From NCBI GenBank assembly GCA_020627925.1, contig JAHDFY010000001.1, positions 1,583-41,582 of the forward strand: a DNA stretch of 40,000 nt, in the 5' to 3' direction. This document shows positions 31,160-40,000 of this stretch, piece after piece; within the stretch, counting starts at the first letter, position 1, and each line of letters opens with the position of its first letter. Below the pieces are notes generated by a model. That model worked only from the letters and a program-made list of their open reading frames with translations, was not told the origin of the DNA and searched no databases. The stretch comes from a bacterium. GTDB taxonomy: Bacteria > Patescibacteriota > Gracilibacteria > Absconditabacterales > Absconditicoccaceae. Both the position numbers and the translations under genes were made by a program.

Positions 31160-31239
31160 TATGGCTAATTTATGCATGTATTACCTAGCAACCAATACCG
31201 CAGTACTGCGGTATGACTCATCAATTGAGTTACACCCGC
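31160..31239 (-). pseudogene. decayed tRNA-Gly paralogue (5' half only)
   Basis: 18 nt identical to the 5' acceptor and D-arm of tRNA-Gly (31222-31239), plus TGGTTGC after the anticodon-arm position. The anticodon arm is replaced by a perfect 20-nt palindrome (31195-31214), and there is no T-arm. Confidence 0.5.
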
Positions 31240-31288
31240 ATACATACAATAGTATTGTACAAATTTGGCTACACTTTTCAAGATTTCA

Positions 31289-31365
31289 TGGTGGGTGATA
31301 TAGGACTCGAACCTATGACCCCCTGCTTGTAAGGCAGATGCTCTAGCCAACTGAGCTAATCACCC
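31289..31365 (-). tRNA. tRNA-Val(UAC), CCA encoded
   Basis: Acceptor GGGTGAT/ATCACCC, anticodon loop CTTACAA, T-loop TTCGAGT. Confidence 0.85.
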
Positions 31366-31395
31366 ATGAATGTTGTTTGGATCATCATAGAAGAA

Positions 31396-31470
31396 TGGCG
31401 CTCCCACGGGGAATCGAACCCCGACCGTAGGATTGAAAGTCCTATGTTCTAACCATTAAACTATGAGAGC
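31396..31470 (-). tRNA. tRNA-Glu(UUC), CCA encoded
   Basis: Acceptor GCTCTCA/TGGGAGC, anticodon stem TAGGA/TCCTA, loop CTTTCAA, T-loop TTCGATT. Confidence 0.85.
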
Positions 31471-31524
31471 CTGAATTTGTAGCAAGTGCTACATAGGCCT
31501 CATACGAGTAACCTAATTTTGGAT

Positions 31525-31597
31525 AGCCAGTTGCGAGACTCGAACTCGCGACCTACCGCTTACAAGGCGGTTGCTCTACCAGCTGAGCTAAACTGGC
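31525..31597 (-). tRNA. tRNA-Thr(UGU)
   Basis: Acceptor GCCAGTT/AACTGGC, anticodon stem ACCGC/GCGGT, loop CTTGTAA, T-arm GCGAG-TTCGAGT-CTCGC. CCA is not encoded. Confidence 0.85.
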
Positions 31598-31619
31598 GAC
31601 TATTTGTATTGTATTTAAT

Positions 31620-31693
31620 TGGGTCTAGCTGGACTTGAACCAGCGACCAATCGGTTATGAGCCGACTGCTCTAACCAACTGAGCTATAGACCC
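31620..31693 (-). tRNA. tRNA with CAU anticodon (elongator Met or lysidine-type Ile2)
   Basis: Acceptor GGGTCTA/TAGACCC with a G1-C72 pair, anticodon loop CTCATAA, T-loop TTCAAGT. Confidence 0.75.
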
Positions 31694-31732
31694 TTCTCAT
31701 TTGGTAACAATTTGCAGTTATTGCCATTAGAA

Positions 31733-31809
31733 TGGCGGGAGTGACGGGACTCGAACCCGCGACCTCATGCGTGACAGGCATGCGTTCTAGCCAGCTGAAC
31801 TACACCCCC
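31733..31809 (-). tRNA. tRNA-Asp(GUC), CCA encoded
   Basis: Acceptor GGGGGTG/CACTCCC, anticodon stem CATGC/GCATG, loop CTGTCAC. Confidence 0.85.
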
Positions 31810-31855
31810 ACATGGACTTTCGTCCTATGTGATTGAACATTTTCTGTTCTATCGA

Positions 31856-32161
31856 TTATTTGGCTTTCTTTGTTGTCTCTTTTTTTGTAGTCTTTGCTAC
31901 TGATCCAGCAGTATTAAATCTTTTTGCCATAAGAGATTTTCTTCTAGCAGCAGTATTTTTGTGCAGGATATTTTTCTTTTGAGCCTTATCAATCTTCTTA
32001 TAAACTTCAGACAAATCCTTGTCAGTTAGCTTATCTCCTTTTGTAATTTTCTTCATGAACACTTTAATAGCAATTTTCATGTCGTTCTTAACCTGTCGAT
32101 TAATTACTCTTCTCTTATTTGCTTGTTTCATTGCTTTTTTAGCACTTTTTGTAACAGGCAT
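31856..32161 (-). CDS. rpsT: 30S ribosomal protein S20, 101 aa
   Basis: Intact in the track: MPVTKSAKKAMKQANKRRVINRQVKN...LHKNTAARRKSLMAKR, the typical S20 pattern. Confidence 0.85.
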   Translation of the reverse strand: MPVTKSAKKAMKQANKRRVINRQVKNDMKIAIKVFMKKITKGDKLTDKDLSEVYKKIDKAQKKNILHKNTAARRKSLMAKRFNTAGSVAKTTKKETTKKAK

Positions 32162-32216
32162 GTACTTGTTAAGTCTAGGTAAAATAAATTGTCTGAAATA
32201 AGTAAGATATGTACTC

Positions 32217-32289
<73 letters not shown>

Positions 32290-32340
32290 ATGTAATTGCA
32301 ACTTAATCATTTCGAGCATTGACAGAATATATACCGATTC

Positions 32341-32368
32341 TGTATACAAATGCAAGAGCATTTGTCAA
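32341..32368 (-). promoter_or_regulatory. sigma70-like promoter candidate for the tRNA-Asn/rpsT transcript
   Basis: On the minus strand: TTGACA, 16-nt spacer, TATACA, about 50 nt upstream of tRNA-Asn. Confidence 0.3.
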
Positions 32369-32386
32369 GCTCATTTGTCGTAAACT

Positions 32387-32468
32387 TACCGAGGAGGGGA
32401 CTTGAACCCCTACGCCTCACGGCACATGGTTCTAAGCCATGCGTGTCTACCAATTCCACCACCTCGGC
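32387..32468 (-). tRNA. tRNA-Leu(UAG), long variable arm
   Basis: Acceptor GCCGAGG/CCTCGGT, anticodon stem CATGG/CCATG, loop CTTAGAA, 13-nt variable arm. Confidence 0.85.
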
Positions 32469-32516
32469 GGGTAAGTTTTTATGATTATAAGTGAGTAGCT
32501 ATCTAGTATTTTTTGG

Positions 32517-32588
32517 TTGCGGGGGATGGAATCGAACCACCTATCTTTGGGTTATGAGCCCAACGAGATACCATTTCTCCACCCCGCA
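32517..32588 (-). tRNA. tRNA-Met(CAU), probably the initiator
   Basis: Loop CTCATAA flanked by three G:C pairs (TTGGG/CCCAA). The 5' end TGCGGGGTGGAG resembles the initiator CGCGGGGTGGAG. The weak U1-A72 pair fits this. Confidence 0.7.
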
Positions 32589-32631
32589 ATATAATATATC
32601 GCGTGAATTAATGCAGTTACCACTTGAAGTG

Positions 32632-32703
32632 CTGGGGTACAAGGACTCGAACCTTGACTGACGGCTTCAAAGGCCGCTGTCCTACCGATTAGACGATACC
32701 CCA
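32632..32703 (-). tRNA. tRNA-Gln(UUG)
   Basis: Acceptor TGGGGTA/TACCCCA, anticodon stem GCGGC/GCCGT, loop CTTTGAA. Confidence 0.85.
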
Positions 32704-32870
32704 ATCAAAGTTTTTTTCATTTAATCAGATATGCGAACGCCGAATATATAATACTTTTAAAACAAAATGCAAGTGTATTTACAAATAATGTCAACAAAGA
32801 ATGATATTGCAAAAACAAGTAGAAAATGCTACTCTCTCAATAACGAAAGGATTTTACCTACGCACAGACC

Positions 32871-34088
32871 ATGACGAAAAACCAAAACACTAGCCCCAAC
32901 GTCAAAAAAATCCAGTTTATTTTTTTTGGTAGATTGGACAAAGAAAAATGAATAGAGATACTCCTCCATGTGCGAAAAAGACTCATCATCGAAAATCAAT
33001 CAGGACAAAATACTTTGCTGCAGCAATCGCAATTTCTTGTTTTTGGAGATGGGGCCTATCGTGATGAAATCATGCAACTAGCCAAACAAACAGATCACAT
33101 CAATTATTTTGGATTCAAACCTCGAGAACAATTACAAAGATATATTGCTGCAAGTGATTATACATTGATGCCATCTCTTTTTCTCGAAACATTTTGACTG
33201 ACTGCGTTGGAGTCTTTGTCCCTAGGTGTTCCCGTTGTGGGCTTCAAAAAAGGAGGTATTACTCCTTTCATTTTGGAATGATTAGCCATTGGCGACTACG
33301 CATGAGCAACACAAGAAGATCAATTGTATCATTGCCTCAAAGAACTCATCACCAAAACGGACACCACAACCCAACAACAACAGTGTGAACAAGCAAGCAC
33401 TCTAGCATTTCGTTATACAGCGCAGAAGCGAATCAAAAATTTCCATACACTTATCCAAACCGACAAGAAACCAAAAAAAATATTGTTTATCAGTGACTAT
33501 TCCACTATTATCGCAGGAGTAGGCACGTATATTGCATGAGTAAGGCATTTGTTGGAATCGCACCATTATACGACTCATTTGTATGGATGCAAAGTACCAT
33601 TAGGAAAACGAAACAAACTCATAAGAAAATTGCTACTACCATCGATCGCTTTTAATCTATGGGCGGCGTTGCGTATCAAATACTTAATCAAAAAAGAGAA
33701 ACCAGACATCATTTGGCGACATTCTACAGCGAGGTGGATTGGGCGACTCCCCTTATTTATGACATCGACATTCCAAGGAAAACAACGAATTACATATCAT
33801 GAATTAGGATACTTCCATCCGTATGCTGCCAAAGTACAAGAACAAGCACAACTACCACAACGAAGCATAGACGAGTACCTCAAAGCAGGAAAGCCAACAA
33901 ACGTAGTCAAAAATATCGCTATTAGATGTAGATTTTTCTTTCACTCGCTCATGAGAAAACAACTCAAAAAAAATATAGATAAACATTTTGTTCCATCAAC
34001 ATTTATGCTTTCTATTGTCAATAAGCGATTAGGGCCAACCAACAAAGGCAAAGTAATATTATTAGAACATTATCTAAGAGAAAAATAA
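32871..34088 (+). CDS. GT-B (GT4-like) glycosyltransferase with its two Rossmann domains in reversed order, 405 aa
   Basis: ATG 32871 to TAA 34086-34088. Residues ~14-190 form a C-terminal-type domain (IQFIFFGRLDKEKG ... LFLETFGLTALESLSLGVPVVG). Residues ~200-405 form an N-terminal-type domain (KKILFISDYSTIIAGVGTYI ... DIIWRHS ... VPSTFM). Confidence 0.6.
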
Positions 34089-34133
34089 AAAGAGCCATCA
34101 TCACAAAAGAGGTTTAGTTTTTATGCAAAAAAC

Positions 34134-35240
34134 ATGTCAACTGTTCTTATCTCCCTTATTATAGGAATTTCTGTAGCCCGACTCTGACTAATAATCAGTC
34201 GTCATTTTGGCATTCTTGATGATCCCCGTCGAGCAAAAGTATACAAAAGAGATCGTATCCCCACAGTACAAGGAGTCACCTTATTTGTCGCTTTTGTATT
34301 GAGCGTCCTTGCAACAAGTCGATATGCACCGCTCAACGAATACATCCTCTATATGATCGCGGGCGCAACAGGACTAGTAATCATGTCAACCATAGAAGTT
34401 TTCATCAAAATCAGCGCACTTATCAGACTACTCTTGCAGTTTATCATAGTCGGTTTGGTAGTGTGGTTTGGCTGATTAGAAATGGAATTGATACAACTAG
34501 GACAGTTCACCGTAGAATTTGGTAAACCACTAGGGATAATAATTAGTTTTGTCCGATTCATCCTATGTATCAATGCAATCAATCGATTTGATGGAATAGA
34601 ATGACAAACATCTGGGGTGGCCACTATAGGTTATTTTACCGTATGGGCACTCATTCACTACATCATCATTCCCCAGTTCCCTGACATAACAACACAGAAC
34701 CAAGTCATCCTTTCTACGGTACAACACATGAGTGTAATTTGTCTGGTACTGAGCGCGATCTATACCGTTTTAGAGTCTCGTTTTAGCTGCCTCTTGAGAG
34801 ATGCAGGAACCTATTTCTTTGGATTCACCATTGCGTACCTTTCCCTCATGTGATGAGCAAAAGTAGGAACATTGATCGTAGTATTTTCTTTAGTCATTTT
34901 TGATGCTGTGTGGGTTATTTTTTATAGATTCTTTATTATGAAAAAAAATCCTCTCAAAGGAGATCTCACTCACGTCCATCATAGACTTCTCGCTTTGTGA
35001 CGATCACGTGGGGAAGTGAGAATGTTCGTCTTAATACGATCCACTTCGATGGCGGTGCTTATGCTTTTGCAAGGAACCAATAGCCTCAACAAACTTATTA
35101 TTTTTGCAATGATGGCAACAATATTCTTCTGAATCAACACCTATCTCTATCTAATCAAAAAGAAAAATCCTGAATACCAACTTGACCAAAGAGTAAAAGA
35201 CATACTCAATGATCCAGTCTACAGATCCGCAGCAAATTAA
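34134..35240 (+). CDS. polyprenyl-phosphate N-acetylhexosamine-1-phosphate transferase (WecA/MraY family), 368 aa
   Basis: ATG 34134 to TAA 35238-35240. Polytopic, with NAINRFDGIEGQTSG (NxxDGxDG-type) and GDLTHVHHRL (HxHH). Confidence 0.7.
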
Positions 35241-35243
35241 AAA

Positions 35244-35271
35244 ATACTGCCTTACAAAAGGCAGTATTTTT
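35244..35271. terminator. bidirectional intrinsic terminator
   Basis: ATACTGCC-ttacaaaa-GGCAGTAT with flanking A/T runs, between convergent genes. Confidence 0.6.
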
Positions 35272-35284
35272 ATAGTAACAAAGA

Positions 35285-35545
35285 TTACAGAAAATATGTG
35301 ATAGTTGCAGCTAACGCAGTAAAAACACCAACAACATTACAACTAAATAGCGGTCGATCTTTACGAGAGTAAGCATAAATTGACCACAAAATACAATTGA
35401 AAAAAGTACTAATAGATATAACAATCGGTCCTTTTACTCACTGTATGTTCAAGTATGCAATTTCTAATTGAGAAAGAAACATAATAATTGCCAAAACAGA
35501 ACCCAATCGTCATATAGCTTTAATTGTTTTTTGATTTATTTTCAT
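35285..35545 (-). CDS. SemiSWEET/PQ-loop-like small membrane protein, 86 aa
   Basis: ATG 35543-35545 to TAA 35285-35287. Three hydrophobic helices at SemiSWEET-like length and spacing (LGSVLAIIMFLSQLEIAYLNIQ...), but the PQ motif is not conserved (SQ instead). Confidence 0.4.
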
Positions 35546-35579
35546 TTAAACACATAAGAAAATAAAATGTATGTGTAGT

Positions 35580-36386
35580 CTAACTTTTCTTGGTTCAAAA
35601 ATCAATAACATTGACTGCTATTGAAGCTCACCACAAATTTTGTGCCGGCAAAGCAAATTCATCAGGATCCCCAGTAACATAAAATGAAACACTCGATTGT
35701 TTTGATAAGGTGGTTTCAATCTCTGGATGCCTAAAAAAATAGGAAATCATCGCCAGAGCTGCTTCTTGACCAGGATCAATAATATCTCCCGAAAACAGTT
35801 CTCTCACTTCATTGATCCAAATTGGATAATGAGTACAACCCAAAACCAAGGAATCAATAGGTTCTACAAATTTATTCAAATATTCCTGAAGAATTTTTTT
35901 ACGTTCCTGCGTATCTTTTAGACCAGACTCAATAGCTCAAACAATTTTTGGAGCAGCAACAACATCAACAATTGTTTTTTGGCGACCACCCAATCTACAA
36001 AAAAGATAAGGATAAACGCCAGAGTTCATTGTCGCCTCCGTAACCAAAACGCCAATGCGATCATGTTTTTTGCCAACCATTGCCTCTATCCCAGGAATAG
36101 TCACGGAGAGAACTTTTTTGTCAGGATGTATTGCTTGCCAATCTCTTACCGCAAAAGCAGAAGCTGTGTTACAAGCCAAAATAACCAAACCAACATCGAG
36201 GCAATCAAACATATAATCCAAGCCAGAAAAAGTAAAATCTCTGATTTGCTTTCATGTTTTTTCTCCATACGGATTATTTTTAGTGTCTCCAACAAAAACA
36301 TAGTCATATTCTGGGTGTATCGCTCTCAAATCTTTTAAAGTTTGCAGTCACCCCATTCCTGAATCAAAGACACCTATTTTTTTCAT
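35580..36386 (-). CDS. murI: glutamate racemase, 268 aa
   Basis: ATG 36384-36386 to TAG 35580-35582. Motifs GVFDSGMGGL, ILACNTAS and LGCTHYP. Confidence 0.9.
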
Positions 36387-37720
36387 AATTCTTTTACATA
36401 TTGAATAAACAAAGCTCATTTTTGTCTATAAGATTCCCGCACACTCATACTAGGGCCAGCACAAGAGAGCAAAACAACAGATCAAGCTGGTGCTACTGAA
36501 TAGGCGTAAGCAACTGCATCTTTCATACTAACTGTAACAAATGCCTTATAATGATGATTTTTGGCATCAAGCATTTTTTTGACAACAAATCAAGAATCAG
36601 GAAAACAAACAATTTGTGTAATATTTAGCTCTATAATAGTATCAACCAAAAGCGAAAAATCAAAACCATGATCCAATCAACCTAGAAACAAACAACCAAC
36701 AGGCCAATTTTCTTCTTTCATTGTGAGTAATGCTTGTACAGTACTATCAGGAGTAGTGGAAATTGCATCATCAACAAATGTAATAGATTTATAATTTCCA
36801 ATAATGCGAAGCCTATGAGTAAGTGGTTCTACTGATTCAATTCATTCTTTGATATTATCCAGAGTCAATCACAACAAAGCACAACAGAGCGCAACAACAG
36901 CACACGCATTAGTGCGATTATGACTTCACAAAAGCTTCATATTATCGATAACGCCAAGCAAACGTTGATCATAAAAAAACTTTTTACCTTTTTCATGATA
37001 TTCTTTTTCATTACCAAACGAAACAAAATTTGCGTCAAGCCCATCAAAAAAAGAAGAAAACAACAGTTGAGTTGGATGATACACAACAATATTTTCGCAA
37101 AATTTTGCTAATTTCAATTTATCTCTATGATAATTTTCAGTTCCATGATGCCAATCCATATGTGCAGCGTAGATATTGGTGATAATACATGCATACAAAT
37201 GAACAGAGTCTAAGCTTTCTATCATAAAACTAGACATTTCAAAAATAACATATTCGTACTCTTCCTTTTGTAATTCTTCCAAAATATCCAGTGATGGTTT
37301 CCCAATATTTCCCAAGAGAATAGTTTTTTTTCATGCATGTAAGAGTACTTTTTCCAGGATAGTTGAGGTAGTTGATTTTCATTTTGTTCCTGTTACTGCT
37401 ATTACCTTTCATTGATACAATTGCAAAAAAATAGAGGTATTACTGAGCATTTTATCACGAACTTCTTGAAGTTTTTCAAGATATGGGCTGATTCAAGGTG
37501 TTTTGATGATAGCATCATACTCGGTTAGCGAATCCAAATATTCATCTCACAGCACAGAATTTACTCATTCAGGAATAACTGATTCTTTACTTTGATCATG
37601 TATGGTAATGGCATTTTTTTGCACACCGCTTCTCAACAAATATCTCAAAGTTGATTGCCCTTCCATTCAAAATCACAAAATAGCAATCTTCTTTTTTTTC
37701 AACAGTGTAGCTACCTTCAT
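36374..37720 (-). CDS. murD: UDP-N-acetylmuramoylalanine--D-glutamate ligase, 448 aa
   Basis: ATG 37718-37720 to TAG 36374-36376. Motifs ILGFGMEGQS, VTGTKGKSTT (P-loop), GNIGKPSL, EMSSF and HRLR...FVDDAISTTPDS. Confidence 0.85.
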
Positions 37721-37922
37721 CAAGACAAAACAAAAACTAAACTGGAAGTAATTGTATTTATTTTGTAAGTAAAAAAAATAGCAAAAAGTGTCACTTTTTT
37801 ATCACCATGATCGTTACATACAGTGAATGAATTGCAGAATTGTACAAAAAAATTACAACTACTAGTAGTGCAAACCATTCACCACAAACTAAGTACAAAA
37901 TGCTTTTATTACATCATTGTTT

Positions 37923-38942
37923 ATGATGAAAAACACTCATATCAAAAAACTAATTCTTGCATCAATCATACTAACTACCACATCAGTAATTTCTTATACT
38001 AATGCGACAGAAACAATAACAATAGATCCTGTGGACGCAGCAATTGCTATAGACTATGTTGATCCTATTTTTGGAGAATTCACCAAAGAAAAAGACCAAC
38101 TACTACAAAAAGAATTTGAAAGACACTACAACATCATTGATCCTCTTTACAATAGTTTCTACACAACAGATAGTGAAGAACAAAAAGAATCAATCAAAAA
38201 ACAAATGACCACAGAAATCAATAATCACTATGATAATCTTTTGAAGTTAGTAGACTCAAGTGAAGGGGAAGCTGCTCTCAGTCAAGAAAAAGCAGCATAT
38301 ATAGCATCACTAGAACAACTCGATGAAGAATGGGAAGAAGCAGAAGAAATAAGTTGGGAAGAAGAACTATTTGGAAAAAACGCTGATTGGGAAAAAATAG
38401 AAAGTATTTTTGAAAAATATAACCAACAAATAGACAATTTCTTTCTACAAATGGAAAGAAATGCAAGCAACAATACCGACAACAGCCTTATCAAAAAAGA
38501 GTTTATCTCTTTGGTTAATACTCTTTACCAAGAACTTCTACCACATACAACACAACAAGGAAAAGAACTTCTACAACAAGAAAAAAAAGCATTGGTAGAC
38601 TACATAACACATTTTGAACATCATGATGATTATGAAACAGTACATTATGATGAAGAAATTGAGGAAGAGGACTATCTAGAACTCAAAGATCTCAGTGAAT
38701 CAGAATACCAAGAGCTAGAAACAATTTGGCAAAACCATGACGAAAAAATGGAAACATTCTATCATGCACTTGAAAATAATTCATCAAGCAAAGAAACAGT
38801 GCAAAAAAATATGATACAAGAAATCGAATCTGTTTATGTACAACTACAACCATACGTAACTAAAGAAACACAACAGTTCCTCACGCAAGAAAAAGACTAC
38901 TACATCCAATTTGTACAAGAAGAAATAGCTTCACGAAAATAA
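37923..38942 (+). CDS. secreted acidic repeat protein, 339 aa
   Basis: ATG 37923 (the track starts at TTG 37917) to TAA 38940-38942. Signal peptide, then three ~100-aa modules each ending in a ...QEK(x)2-3Y(I/V).. block. Very Glu/Gln-rich. Confidence 0.6.
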   Translation: MMKNTHIKKLILASIILTTTSVISYTNATETITIDPVDAAIAIDYVDPIFGEFTKEKDQLLQKEFERHYNIIDPLYNSFYTTDSEEQKESIKKQMTTEINNHYDNLLKLVDSSEGEAALSQEKAAYIASLEQLDEEWEEAEEISWEEELFGKNADWEKIESIFEKYNQQIDNFFLQMERNASNNTDNSLIKKEFISLVNTLYQELLPHTTQQGKELLQQEKKALVDYITHFEHHDDYETVHYDEEIEEEDYLELKDLSESEYQELETIWQNHDEKMETFYHALENNSSSKETVQKNMIQEIESVYVQLQPYVTKETQQFLTQEKDYYIQFVQEEIASRK

Positions 38943-38952
38943 TACTATAGAT

Positions 38953-38983
38953 CTTGATAGCATGCTTATTGCATGCTATCAAG
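38953..38983 (+). terminator. intrinsic terminator
   Basis: 13-bp stem CTTGATAGCATGC-ttatt-GCATGCTATCAAG, with a T-run a few nt downstream. Confidence 0.6.
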
Positions 38984-39020
38984 AATATTTTTTATATTTT
39001 AGCTAGATCCACAAATCGGG

Positions 39021-39566
39021 ATGAGAAAAAATGAGCAAGCATGGATACAAAAGATCCAAAAGTGAGACAAAAACATTTTCTCAGAAATCTATCAAGCATA
39101 TCTTGATGAAATCTATGCATTTGTTGCACGAAAAATTGATGGAACAGCTGATGTTGAAGATATTGTATCAACGGTTTTTCACAAAGCATTTCTAAACTTA
39201 GAAAAATCTTGTACAAAAAAAAATCCCAACATTAGAGCCTGGCTCTATACTATTGCACGCAACTGTGTCATAGATTTTTATAGAACAAAAACACAAAAAC
39301 AATTAGACGACAATTATGACATTATTGACAACAAAACATCACCACTAGAAGATATACAAAAAACAATCATCATTGAAGAAGTGATGCACTATCTTTCTCG
39401 TTTGTGAGATGATATTCATGATCTTTTTATTATGAGGTACCGACAAGGATTAAGCTATGCTGAGATCACCAAAATAAACGGCAAAACAGAAGCAAACAAC
39501 AAAAAAATATTCAGTAGAACTTGTCAAAAATTACGTACCCAATTTTCTTGACTTTCCGCACAATAA
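39021..39566 (+). CDS. ECF (sigma-70 family group 4) RNA polymerase sigma factor, 181 aa
   Basis: ATG 39021 to TAA 39564-39566. Region 2 AWLYTIARNCVIDFYR and region 4 LFIMRYRQGLSYAEI. Confidence 0.75.
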
Positions 39567-39595
39567 TCAACTATTTATTTTGCAAGACCATACAC

Positions 39596-40000
39596 ATGTC
39601 TCATAAAACATCTCTTCAGGAGGAAATGAAAGCTGAAGGAATCAACATACATCATCCAAGCCTACAAGCTCCAGCAAAAAAACCATCAAAACAATTCAGA
39701 AAAGAACTTGATACAAAAGTTTCTCAACGAATAACCGATACCGTCTCATTGTCTTCTCAAAAAAAACAATGACTTTTCTTTCATATCAAAAAATTTCGTT
39801 ATACAGGAATATCAATCACTGCTTGTCTCGTTTTTGTGGTACTATGAACATCATTACAAAGAAACAATTTTTTTCCATGAACAACAACAGATACAACAAT
39901 ACTAGTACAGACCAACAGCAATGAAATAAATCAACAAAAAATTCCTTCTACTAGAGGAACAAGTACAACAACGCAAAGCGAAACTTCTTTTCTTAGAACA
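39596..40000 (+). CDS. putative membrane-anchored anti-sigma factor (partial, runs off the right edge)
   Basis: ATG 39596, 30 nt after the sigma gene. Single TM (YTGISITACLVFVVLG), then a Thr/Asn/Gln-rich region. Still open at 40000. Confidence 0.4.

Noticed and set aside
31160-31239. Functional tRNA-Gly(UCA), the UGA decoder.
   Set aside because: The anticodon arm is an 8-bp, 4-nt-loop palindrome with no UCA, and the T-arm is missing. Called a pseudogene instead.
33194-33539. Two track ORFs (33194-33388, 33324-33539) inside the glycosyltransferase region.
   Set aside because: One is out of frame and the other is simply a fragment of the single long code-25 frame 32871-34088.

Overview
Low-GC bacterial DNA in which TGA is a sense codon for glycine (genetic code 25, as described for Gracilibacteria and Absconditabacteria/SR1). 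TGA falls on invariant Gly positions of TyrRS (HLGH), CopA (CPCAMGLATP), the MurD P-loop, MurI (DSGMGGL), Dam (EPYAGGASV) and a lipobox (LAGC). The supplied standard-code ORF track is therefore heavily fragmented, so I re-read the genes by hand with TGA=Gly and only TAA/TAG as stops. Contents, left to right: (1) 1-9.2 kb, an IDO/TDO-like haem dioxygenase, an HExxH protein, a peptidase S51 and a copper cluster (Cys/His-rich secreted protein, HMA-DsbD_2-cupredoxin fusion, lipoprotein, CopA). (2) 9.2-31.1 kb, a mosaic accessory region that I interpret as two large-serine-recombinase elements in tandem at the 3' end of tRNA-Gly(UCC). It carries a ParB-like/Dam methylase pair, an HhH-GPD glycosylase-like gene, a Vsr/DUF559-like nuclease gene coupled to a small tyrosine recombinase, an OLD-family nuclease, tyrS, TGA-free (apparently foreign) genes and gene fragments, recombinase remnants and several repeat families. 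(3) 31.1-32.7 kb, ten tRNA genes plus rpsT on the minus strand. (4) 32.9-40 kb, cell-envelope genes (a domain-permuted GT-B glycosyltransferase, a WecA/MraY-family transferase, a SemiSWEET-like protein, murI, murD), an acidic repeat protein and an ECF sigma/anti-sigma pair. I found no rRNA and no CRISPR array. All calls rest on hand translation and motif recognition; no database search was possible.
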